DNA of 64,000 nucleotides. Origin: Somniosus microcephalus. Taxonomy: Eukaryota. Location of the stretch: contig CM126219.1 of assembly GCA_052327205.1 (NCBI GenBank), positions 67,704,001 to 67,768,000 on the forward strand. The letters run 5' to 3'. The notes below the pieces were generated by a model. That model had not been told where the DNA came from, searched no databases, and worked only from the letters and a program-made list of their open reading frames with translations. Positions 51,501 to 58,253 of this stretch are shown piece by piece. Numbering within the stretch: position 1 is the first letter of the stretch; every line of letters starts with the position of its first letter. The position numbers were made by a program, and so were the translations under genes.

Positions 51501-54500
51501 CCAATCCTGTCCTCACCCAATGTTTATGCGGATACATTTCTAGTCCTGGACAATCAGAAGGAACCTGGATCAATTCCCCCAAACCCAGGGCCATTGAAGT
51601 CAATTCCAGCACCACTACTGGTGCCCAGCTGAGATCAGTTAATTCAGCACTGGTCACAGATCAAACCTTGCACTTTTCTAGTCTCTATAGCTCAGCTATT
51701 CAATTAATAAACAACCATTGGGGATGCCTAGAACGCTAGGCATGCAGCAATTATTGCTTCTTTCAAGTACAACAGAAGAATCGCTATAAATATTCTTCCT
51801 TCCTAATTTTTCATACCCATCGAACCAAGTACTATACATACCATCTGACTAAGCAGTCAACGTGCTTGAATGCCAGTCTTGAACCAGCCACTAGAATATT
51901 TTTACATTCCCTCACCACCTTCTATGCCACCTCCACCAAAGCAGCACAGCAGAGATCAAGAGGTTAGTATGTGGAGATTAAGAGGGGGCAAGAGACGCAA
52001 ACATTTATAGGCCAATTACATAGTTTGCATCAATGTAAACTATGCAGTGCAATTCAGATGGGAAGTCACCCAATAAATAGTCTCAACACTGAAGATGGTG
52101 TGAAGCAAAGTTTAACAAATTACCAGAAGGTCCACTGGAGTACTTGAAACATTTTGAACTTAATTTTTGTTTATTAACAGACAATAATAAAATTAAGCAG
52201 AATTTGGATGCAAATGCAAAGTTCCCATTTTCCCTAATCACAGCACTAAAAAGAGGCAGCAGGATAGCAGGTCTGCTAGTCTTCTGCTGTAAACAGGTAC
52301 TAGCCTCGAACTGGTACACATAGTAAGACACTTAAAACAAATGGGAGTGGGTTTGATGAGGGTAAATGGGTTGGATGACACTGTTCCACCGTCAACGAAA
52401 AAGGTATCTGACTTCCCCCACTCAAAACCATCCAAATCTATCTGTAAATTCTTGCATCTTGGTGGGTAAAGAAAAAATGTTAGCTGTGCAGAAATGGACA
52501 TTAACCACATGCTCAACATATTACACAGATTTATAAAAAGTGTTATAAATTTCCTCAAAAGGTCAGTCTCCCATATACACTTGGGTTTAGCGCTAAACGT
52601 GCCAATTAAATGTTTTACACACTCGGGTAGATAGCTGCTTCCTTTAGAACATGCTTCAATGGCAACCCAGTATTGGGAGGAAAATTAATTCAGCTAAGAG
52701 GGGAGAAGGGCAAAATAGCATATGGTAGACATTTTAAAGAAACAGAATTACTGCGGTAACATTTCTTTGAGAAAGGCTCGGTGCTAGAGTGTTCCAAAGC
52801 AATACCCAGATAAGAAGAAAAACTATAAAAACAGACGCCAAGTAGCCCAGTGGCTCGGTGTTGGCAGAATGCAATTCCCCACAATAATCTCTGGGAAGGG
52901 TACAGAACAAATGAAAATATTCAAAGGGCAGATGCATTTGCACCACTCAATTGAGTGACAATTTAATAGCATTACATTTACAGAAGGTCGAGGAACAGGT
53001 CACCTATCCACCTGGGTGAAGAAATGGTGCAAGAAACAGAGGTAGGAGATTGAGGCCAGCTGCCAAGATTCCTCTTCTCCCATAGTTTGTCCAACCAAAC
53101 TAAGTAGTGCTCCTTAGTCTGGGTATGACAGGAGCAGCTCCAAAAGCTGTCAGAAATGGTGCAGCCCTCAGCTGGGAAGATATTTAACTAGAATACAGCA
53201 CTTCCTACTGGCGAGGGGCGCTCAATCGACAGACCTACAAACAAAACACCTCCCTTAAAAAAGGGGCCAAAAATGGTCCAGTTTAGTCCACATAGTTCAA
53301 TGAAAGCAAGCTGCCTTACAACAATCCATTTTTTTCTATGATTGTTTCCAGGAAAGCCTCAGGTGGATGAAAGTAGAGCCTCTGCAGAGCAAGACTGGTT
53401 TAATAGAACTTTGAGCCTACCCTAGGTAAAGGCTCAAGGTCTTCTTGCATGCTGGTCTACAAGGCCACAAGACTGCATTCTGTATGCAGAAATAGCTGCA
53501 ACAATAAAGGGCAGCTTTCTATTGCATTTCAACACCATAAGCTGGATACCAATAAGCATGGAAAGGACCTTTCAAATCCCACCATAGAAGAACTCCATTT
53601 ATAAGCCAAGATGCCTTTCAAGGGATATACCAGGATTCTCGCTCTGCCATTCTTCCACCCCCTTCCCCAACAGAAGACAAGAGTAAGATAACCTTAGGTC
53701 TTCCTTCAACGTTACAAAAATCTAAACAGCCAACATATGCACCCTATTAGAACGAATAGGTTTCAAGACGTCAAAGACAAACAGGACAAGAAAACTTACA
53801 ATCCATTTTCTTTGGCGCTTACCTAAACAAATAATTAAATGGTTCCATCAAAAAAAATAGGTCTATAACTAATGTTACCCAAACATTTTCTTTTAAATAA
53901 ACAAAAAATATATTCAGTCTTAATTTTATAGAGATCAGGATGTTAGGACTGTTGGAATTTTAGACAAATTGAGAAGTAATTCAGGAGAAGGCTGTAGCAA
54001 CACTGAACTAACACCAGAGACCACACTAAAATACTCTAAACATTCTAGTCCTAATGGTCACTGAAGCACCAATGTACATTGTGAGGAGAGGGTGGTGCAG
54101 CACTAATTCACTACTCTGATAACAATGTGGTAGAGATTTGGAAGTTATGGGAGGTACTGAGGAGACCAAGAACTTCTCCACAAGAGACAAAAAGAAGCTG
54201 CTTTCACACGGTCCCCTGCCAGTTCTAAGCAGCAGGAAGCAGTTCATCCACAGGATGTTACAGGTCATGCAAGGTCAAGGCTTGGGGATGGGTAGGAATA
54301 TAAAGGATGAATAACCCTTAAAGTATCTCCATGAACAAACTAAAGTAAAACATTAACTGTGCACAATGCTTTTAGAGTACAAACCCAACTTCGTTTTCTC
54401 CGTACCCCACTCCCCAAAGTTTCCCAAGGGCTAGGCCAACTGCAGACAACCTACTTCCAGATTAATGTTCTACCACTCACTCAATCAACTGCACAGTAGT

Positions 54501-57500
54501 GATACCCTGGCATTTTCCCCACCTCCACTTCACTACAAGGAAACACCTGGTTTCTTCTCCATACCCTCCCCACAGCAAAAAGCTGAATGCAGAACTCGTG
54601 CTGTGTGGAATTATGGGTATAAATGCATCCCACACTAATATTCCAACATGCTGCATCACCACACTGCTTTAGTGCACAATGCTTTTCAATTTCCACTAAA
54701 AAACAAATGGACCCCAACCTCTCGGGCAGTACTGTGCCTGAAGTTACAATTCACTGCAAAGCATCCAAAAGTAGGATATTCCACTGTGTTGGTAAATATT
54801 GTCTTGGTGCCATTAGGTAGACACAAGAGCTGGCTGACCACAGACAAATGAAGTGCAGAACCAGCCCAACTGCCTTCAACTCTAATCGATTTATTGCTAT
54901 GCTACTGAAAGCTCCAACTTGAAGCATGCTGCAATACCTTCTCAATCAATCGAGCAGATGCTGCAACTGGAAAATTGACGTTACTGAGAGACAGCATAGA
55001 ACCCCGTCTACCCTCAAAGTAACCTGTCCACAAACACCTTTCAGGGGACTGCAATACTAAACAACTACTAAATATAAATGTCATATCACTTTTAGCAACA
55101 TAGCCAACCTGACAAAGGTGCTGGGCCAGTGACTGGCATCAAATTCCCCTGCAATTGTGAGATGGCATTTTACATTTAGTCTCATTGTTACAGTCCCTAA
55201 TATACGCCACGTCCGAAGCATGCGAGTTAGTTATAAAGCAGGAAAAAAACTGGGTCCTGAACTCCATTACCAACATGGAGATCAGTCAATGCCCTATATC
55301 TGTGAATTAGGTGGCCATTGTAGCCTGCTGCACAAACTCACTAGCTGTGTCTGGACATTATGGCACATCCTCAATGCTACCTCCATCATTGGCAGGATTA
55401 GGAACAGGTCATACTCTAGTTTGAAGATACTGTAGTGGGCAAATAGCGGGCATCTGTTCTAAGAGTGCGGAGATTGAACCGACAGCCTTTTTCCAAATGG
55501 ACTTGTCCAGAGTCCTCAATAAAAAGGAGCAAATCCCAAGGATTTTGACAACCAAATTTGTACTCCTCAATGTTTCATCACGGAAACAGGCAGTTAACTC
55601 TCATGAAAGTCCAAGAAATGAACAAAGGAAATGCTGCCTCAACAATCGCAATCTAATGATGTCCTCCCCTTAAAAAGGGGTTTCCACTTGTTCACTCCTC
55701 TCAAACACATCATAAAGTGCAGTATAATCTATCAAAGGGCACTCAAGAAATTTGTAGTTGGAAATTTTAAAACTGGTACTTGGCAAAGAACGGAAATTTC
55801 ACAAAAAAACCATGGAGGTGAAATTTAAAACAAAGGAAAAAAACAAAACTGAATGTGATGCTGTCGGCAGGTGATTTATTTACAGGAATAGCATCACATG
55901 GTTACTCTATGCAGGGCATAATCATACTTCGAAAAGGGATGGATTTAAAAAAGGTATGCCGCAGTGAATTCACTCATGGGATTGCTGGACTTTTTCATGG
56001 TATGTGGAGGATAATGCAGAAAAGAAATTATTCCAGGAAAATGCAAAGCATTCAAGGAGAAACAGCAAATACCCATTACCAAAATGTCAAGGCGGCCAAT
56101 TTTGCCCTTGTTGCAAAATGACAGCAAAATAACTCCAGCAGTTGAACAGCCAATATTCAGCTCACTGAAGTCCAGTTAGTTGCCCATTTCTACCATGTAA
56201 CTGGCCAGGAATCTTTGATGGGTCTAATACCAAATCCTGAAGCACAACAAACAAACACCTATTGCAGTTACTTCCCTACACAGTTTCAGGTGGAGTCAAT
56301 ACAATATGGTTTCAGAAACCTCTTCCCTGACTAAATTAAAGTTATTCATGTTGCTGAAATTTATCAGCTTGTAGTTAGTTAAGGTTATATCCATTTACTT
56401 ATCTCATGGCCAACAGTGGCCCACGTGTCAAAACTTCTTTTAAGATGAGTTATTAGAGGTGGAGCATTCTCGATTACTTTTTAAAGAGAGGTTCTCCACA
56501 AAACAATCCACGAAAGTAATATCCTTGTTGGGGGGGGGGGGGGGGGGGGGGGGGGGAAATCCTTCCTCTGGCAAAGAAACCAATTCATTGCTTGCTGTGG
56601 AAATCAACCACAATATAAAAAGGAAGTCCTGTGATGAGCAAGTGTGGAATTCAAAGTTTCAGAAATCCCATTTTCTACAATAGGGATACTGCCGTACGTT
56701 GAAATGTTAAAGCATTTTTACATAATGCATTGCTGATGTTTTTGTTCAAGTTAGTCACTGCACAAGAGACCAACCTCTTAGTTGAGATGAGTGCAGGCAA
56801 TAGACTGATCTACAGCTGACACAATCTTGAAATCATGTGTAAAAGCAAGCCAACATCACTAAAATGCACTTTACAATTACCGTGGCTACCTCTGATAACC
56901 AGAACAAGAGAACTCTGCATCAGATACTCAATCCTTAGATTAGAACAAGGCAAATGAATGTGTTCCAAGAGGGTCAGGATTGGAAGTATACAGATTTAAG
57001 GTTTATAGAAGCCAACCATTCACTCTGAACAACTGGCAATCTTTTCCAAGTACATAATTTTGATCTGTTTTCCCACTGAGTTGGCAGCAGATTCTTCCCA
57101 CCATTCTTGCTCCTAAAAATCAGACAACAGGGGTTAAAGTGGAATTGTCCTCAGCCATAGAAGGTCTGCTCCTTGAAACCTTTCTATTGCTTAGAGAAAA
57201 ATGTAAAGTTTTGCCATAGCTTTGTCCTGTGTACTTCTCTTCAAGGACAGCTTAGGCCAGAAAATCTGTCCAATAACCCAAGGCAGGAGCCATTTCAGCA
57301 CAAAAGAATGGAACACAAGCCCTAGTGATAATAGCATCACATGCTGTCAGATCATGCATCTTCTTTCACACAAGGGTCAGGTGTCATCAGCCATGTGCGT
57401 CTCTGGTATCCAGGAATTCTTATGTCCATTTTGACCCTCTATGTACTGCATATTTGCATAAACAAATACCTTTCCCTTAAACCAATACAGGGTGATATCT

Positions 57501-58253
57501 TGGAGCTTGTTGATGAGGCTCCATCTGCAGGTAAAGATGCTGAAATCAATGTTCGTAAGGTTCTGTAAGGATCCAGTTTTTTTTCTCCAGGGACTGAAAC
57601 AAGCATTTGCATTAAACTACAAAAAGGTGGCAAATCTTCCAACTGTATTAAAGATCATGCACAGCACACACTGAAGGAATGTAGCTTGAGCCACACAGTT
57701 TCTGCAGTGGTAGAACCTGGTTGATACCTCAAAGCCACATTTGGACATTTCCATGCTTTTGCCAAACAAAACGGATCTTTTTGCTTCATTATGTACATTG
57801 TGAAACTACAGTCTTTAAAAAACAAAAGTTTAGAAAAAGCTAAACTACTTATAATTAAACAAAGTTTACCCCACACAGGAGTGTTTTACAATGACCTTTC
57901 TTCAAACACTACCCAACTGACAGAGGCCAAAATTAGCACTCAGCAAAGCTAAGAGTAAAAGGACCAAGGTTAATGGGGGGGGGGGGGGGGGGGGTATGGA
58001 ATTTAATTTGGGATGGGAGGTTACCCACAACATAGGAGCCATCTAATTTAAAACAATCTGGCTGACGTATGCATGCATGCCTAAACTCAAGTGCCTGTAT
58101 GGGCGACCTACCTGAAGATCATTTATTACCTGGAAAGACAAAATCCAATCTTACCCCATTGCGTTCATAGCACACACTGCCTGAAGTCTGACCAGGAGAT
58201 GAAGGTTTCAGCCCAGATTTGTTCTCAAGGTTAAGGGGAGCAGCACAGACAAC
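3350..58253 (-). CDS. CSDE1: CSDE1/UNR cold shock domain-containing protein E1, partial multi-exon gene (13 constitutive-type internal exons plus a candidate microexon; 5' and 3' exons outside window)
   Basis: Exons translate colinearly to CSDE1, with repeated CSD motifs (FGFI...FFHxS, GDxVEF). All have AG/GT boundaries and matching phases, and the joined reading frame is open. Confidence 0.98.
3571..4160 (+). mobile_element. CR1-type LINE 3' fragment
   Basis: Encodes [12 protein letters not shown]...RMRGDLIET. Has a 3' UTR stem region and a (ttcttatg)n tail. Confidence 0.92.
4240..4576 (+). mobile_element. LF-SINE-like ancient SINE, near full length, diverged
   Basis: Blocks resembling the recalled LF-SINE consensus occur in order: gccatatagaccag, ctacaattgcc, ctagggag, ctggaaagtgc, gtctaggctc, aatggccacttggg, ggggagaaaattgg. 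Confidence 0.6.
5060..5580 (-). mobile_element. L2-clade LINE 3' fragment
   Basis: The minus-strand translation ...[18 protein letters not shown] matches the L2 ORF2 C-terminal [18 protein letters not shown] motif. A tail-like gctatataaatgaac lies at the left end. Confidence 0.7.
6019..6138 (-). CDS. CSDE1: CSDE1 exon, 120 nt: (V)[39 protein letters not shown](G)
   Basis: Acceptor TTTTACAG|TG, donor G|GTGAGT. Matches human [19 protein letters not shown]. Confidence 0.96.
6253..6563. mobile_element. Tc1/mariner-superfamily (pogo/Tigger-like) MITE, copy 1
   Basis: TA|CAGGAAACT ... AGTTTCCTG|TA: terminal inverted repeats with a TA duplication. Related copies at 24474 and 36122. Confidence 0.85.
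7278..8900 (-). mobile_element. LF-SINE-like element in three colinear pieces (~7278-7440, ~8140-8185, ~8781-8900) interrupted by two insertions
   Basis: 3', middle and 5' LF-SINE-like blocks appear in the correct order (ccaattgttctccctcc; ccagcaggaatcactgggtagc; cagactggggattgaacctggggccttcctg). Confidence 0.5.
8186..8780 (-). mobile_element. Decayed CR1 LINE 3' fragment
   Basis: The minus strand gives [14 protein letters not shown] and other CR1 C-terminal remnants. Confidence 0.7.
9355..11128 (+). mobile_element. 5'-truncated CR1 LINE (ORF2 fragment with frameshifts and 3' UTR)
   Basis: Motifs [29 protein letters not shown] and [16 protein letters not shown]. Tail ccattctatga. Confidence 0.93.
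11490..11720 (-). mobile_element. 3' end of a different non-LTR retrotransposon family; a second, more decayed piece at ~13255-13385 (+)
   Basis: The minus strand reads ...[14 protein letters not shown]... followed by a 3' UTR (aataaatgctggccttgccagtgacgcacacatccc). Similar blocks recur at 13255-13385. Family not assigned. Confidence 0.6.
12095..12207 (-). CDS. CSDE1: CSDE1 exon, 113 nt: (S)[37 protein letters not shown]
   Basis: Acceptor CCCCAG|T, donor G|GTAAGA. Phases 2 and 1 fit the neighbouring exons. Confidence 0.96.
13205..13650 (+). mobile_element. Decayed CR1 3' fragment with an internal insertion
   Basis: gatctgatagaagtattcaaaattatga ... gagtcagtaactagagggcataat resembles the CR1 C-terminus DLIEVFKIM...SxTRGH. 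Confidence 0.6.
16189..16206 (-). promoter_or_regulatory. Candidate CTCF site
   Basis: Minus strand CGCCACTAGATGGTGTCA matches the CTCF core CCASYAGRKGGYR. Motif match only. Confidence 0.45.
16778..16953 (-). CDS. CSDE1: CSDE1 exon, 176 nt: [58 protein letters not shown](S)
   Basis: Acceptor CATATAG|ATT, donor AG|GTGAGC. CSD motifs FGFI and FFHY present. Confidence 0.96.
18335..18625 (-). mobile_element. Decayed CR1 3' end
   Basis: Resembles the reverse complement of the CR1 3' UTR (ccatttggtccatcgtgtctgtgtcggct; ggcaaagcattctatgttccaac). Confidence 0.6.
19075..19900 (-). mobile_element. CR1 LINE 3' fragment, closely related to the 9355-11128 copy and in opposite orientation
   Basis: ORF 19200-19760 (-) [10 protein letters not shown]...[16 protein letters not shown]...[13 protein letters not shown]. 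Confidence 0.93.
20578..20700 (+). mobile_element. SacSINE1-like SINE 3' tail fragment
   Basis: ttcctacattacaacagtgactacacttcaaaagtacttcattg...(tctt)n, essentially the same tail as the 41217 and 25279 copies. Confidence 0.8.
22095..22275 (+). mobile_element. SacSINE1-like SINE internal (Deu-domain) fragment
   Basis: gctgtactgtcagag...taaaagatcctatggcactattgaagggcaggagag...ggtgtcctg matches the body of the full copies. Confidence 0.7.
22832..22939 (-). CDS. CSDE1: CSDE1 exon, 108 nt: [36 protein letters not shown]
   Basis: Acceptor CTTTAG|GAT, donor AAG|GTAAAC. Aligns with human EAEDGIIAYDDCGVKLTIAFQAKDVEGSTSPQIGDK (36 codons). Confidence 0.94.
23280..24070 (+). mobile_element. Cluster of CR1 3' fragments (~23280-23590, ~23683-23720, ~23722-24070)
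   Basis: CR1 3' UTR motifs (gaatggcctcctcctgt; tggcctcctgtgctgtacgattctat) and short ATTCT-type tails. Confidence 0.75.
23412..23503. mobile_element. Penelope-like element terminal fragment with a 5' inversion, inserted in CR1
   Basis: Flanked by the perfect 14-bp repeat tagggtgggaggag (23398-23411 and 23504-23517). Internal inverted arms aaataacagcagaaaatgctgg / ccagcattttctgttattt. Confidence 0.75.
24235..24372 (+). mobile_element. Penelope-like element terminal fragment
   Basis: ctccacagatgc...tttccagcattttctgtttctatttcagatttccagcatccgcagtatttt. Flanking 14-bp repeat ttggttttggtgtc / ttggtttaggtgtc. Confidence 0.75.
24474..24807. mobile_element. Tc1/mariner-superfamily MITE, copy 2
   Basis: TA|CAGGAAACTTTG ... 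CAAAGTTTCCTG|TA. Shares subterminal and internal blocks with copy 1. Confidence 0.85.
25279..25705 (+). mobile_element. tRNA-headed DeuSINE (SacSINE1-like), near full length
   Basis: Pol III A box (tgactcaatggg) and B box (ggttcaagttc), Deu-domain body, (tctt)n tail. Confidence 0.85.
26575..27290 (-). mobile_element. Decayed CR1 3' fragment, similar to the 213-1002 piece
   Basis: Shared blocks such as ccattcaatgagatcat, ggtgtggtgcccag and ccatttagaaa. Confidence 0.8.
29224..29235 (-). CDS. CSDE1: Candidate CSDE1 12-nt microexon encoding KKEK (phase 0-0)
   Basis: Minus strand reads ...TTCTCTTTCTTTTCTTGTGTGTTATCTTTGCTTGTTCAG|AAAAAAGAAAAG|GTATGG. In frame between flanking phase-0 exons, with UGC just upstream and UGCAUG downstream. 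Confidence 0.75.
29971..30059. repeat. 32-bp minisatellite, ~2.8 copies
   Basis: Unit agaggtcggc(g/a)agaggc(t/c)g(c/t)gtaca... starts at 29971, 30003 and 30035. Confidence 0.9.
30467..30555 (+). mobile_element. Penelope-like element terminal fragment with a minimal hammerhead-ribozyme core
   Basis: CTGACGA (30468-30474) ... GAAAC (30489-30493), then ctccacagatgctgcctga...ttccagcattttctg. Flanking repeat tgatcagaatca / tgattagaatca. Confidence 0.72.
30662..31885 (-). mobile_element. 5'-truncated young CR1 LINE, same subfamily as 1003-2314
   Basis: Motifs [26 protein letters not shown] and ISKFADDTK. Tail (ttctatgt)n seen as catagaaacatagaa at the left end. Confidence 0.94.
32985..33320 (-). 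mobile_element. Old CR1 3' fragment, continuing at ~37252-37280 beyond a nested stack
   Basis: catagaatcttacagcacag...ggccattcggc is a CR1 3' end. ...aattaagtcacctt resumes as gtcacctcttaaccttctctattcc. Confidence 0.7.
33757..35399. mobile_element. PIF/Harbinger-type DNA transposon deletion derivative with a Myb/SANT-like accessory protein remnant
   Basis: Imperfect TIRs GGGCTGAATTTTGCCGG / CTGGCAAAATCGTGGCC and 3-bp flanks ttt/tgt. Minus-strand remnants APRxSxDSLxxLxEGVxARREVL and [18 protein letters not shown] resemble Harbinger Myb/SANT-like proteins. Confidence 0.75.
36122..36373. mobile_element. Tc1/mariner-superfamily MITE, copy 3, inserted at a TA inside the CR1 RT region
   Basis: TA|CAAGAAACT ... 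AGTTTCCTG|TA. Its right end is the reverse complement of the left end of copy 1. Confidence 0.82.
37635..37799 (-). CDS. CSDE1: CSDE1 exon, 165 nt: [55 protein letters not shown]
   Basis: Acceptor TTCTAAAG|GAT, donor AAG|GTAATC. 55 codons, as in human [19 protein letters not shown]...KGKEK. Confidence 0.96.
38752..39105 (+). mobile_element. Diverged SacSINE1-like SINE
   Basis: tggttcagttggcagcac head, gcagtactgagggagtgctgcattgtcagagg body, gtgctatataaa tail. Confidence 0.75.
39302..39442 (-). CDS. CSDE1: CSDE1 exon, 141 nt: [47 protein letters not shown]
   Basis: Acceptor CTGTAG|GGT, donor CCT|GTAAGT. Canonical CSD motifs present. Confidence 0.97.
39754..39966 (-). CDS. CSDE1: CSDE1 exon, 213 nt: [71 protein letters not shown]
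   Basis: Acceptor TTTGCAG|ACT, donor ATG|GTAAGC. 71 codons, as in human. Confidence 0.97.
41217..41637 (+). mobile_element. tRNA-headed DeuSINE (SacSINE1-like), full length, tail abutting a CSDE1 splice donor
   Basis: A box TGGCTCAGTTGG (41227-41238), B box GGTTCAAGTCC (41271-41281), Deu body, tail ...atataaatggaagtctttcttt. Confidence 0.9.
41640..41765 (-). CDS. CSDE1: CSDE1 exon, 126 nt: [42 protein letters not shown]
   Basis: Acceptor TTTCTAG|GGA, donor CAG|GTAAAG. Matches human [36 protein letters not shown]. Confidence 0.96.
42740..43060 (-). mobile_element. LF-SINE-like relic
   Basis: gggatatcacagccaagctc, ggctgatttttctccctccc and tatggctcagca match the reverse complement of recalled LF-SINE blocks. 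Confidence 0.55.
43365..43860. mobile_element. Two decayed CR1 fragments (~43365-43510 minus 3' end; ~43620-43860 plus)
   Basis: ggccatttggcccaacaggtctgtgccggtgttt is a CR1 3' UTR. cttagggtattgaagaaatggc...gattagagaaaagcatatgtggtgccc resembles the VLKE..DWRxAxVxP region. Confidence 0.6.
44000..44128 (-). CDS. CSDE1: CSDE1 exon, 129 nt: [43 protein letters not shown]
   Basis: Acceptor TATAG|GAA, donor AAT|GTAAGC. Contains the CSD RNP-1/RNP-2-like motifs FGFI and FFHYS. Confidence 0.97.
44900..44981 (-). CDS. CSDE1: CSDE1 exon, 82 nt: (H)[27 protein letters not shown]
   Basis: Acceptor TTCTTAG|T, donor AAG|GTATGT. The phase 2 start completes CA+T=His. Confidence 0.96.
47100..49250 (+). mobile_element. 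Probable highly decayed L2-like LINE region (C/T-rich)
   Basis: Strong pyrimidine skew with faint ORF2 motifs (ccttgccaactacgg ~ LANYR; ccacggaaacagca ~ STETA). No intact frame. Confidence 0.4.
49325..49440 (-). mobile_element. LF-SINE-like 5' fragment
   Basis: The reverse complement reads gctgagccatacagacctggaag...tggtctgtgctcaagttagctgatctcaaccagg, close to the recalled LF-SINE core. Confidence 0.7.
50501..50598 (-). CDS. CSDE1: CSDE1 exon, 98 nt: [32 protein letters not shown](H)
   Basis: Acceptor TTTAG|GAA, donor CA|GTATGT. Near-identical to human [23 protein letters not shown]. Not shown in this frame in the ORF track. Confidence 0.96.
51476..51700 (-). mobile_element. LF-SINE-like relic
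   Basis: gagcccaatcctgtcctcaccca ... cccagctgagatcagttaattcagcac ... tatagctcagc. Confidence 0.65.
56530..56556. repeat. G27 homopolymer (others: G20 at 46468-46487 and 57975-57994, G13 at 13166-13178, G11 at 61260-61270)
   Basis: Directly visible. Exact lengths may carry sequencing error. Confidence 0.9.
58155..58253 (-). CDS. CSDE1: CSDE1 exon, 99 nt, phase 0-0: [33 protein letters not shown] (orthologue of the 31-aa alternatively spliced mammalian UNR exon)
   Basis: Acceptor TGTCCAG|GTT, donor GGG|GTAAGA. Matches human [31 protein letters not shown] with 2 extra residues. Confidence 0.95.
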
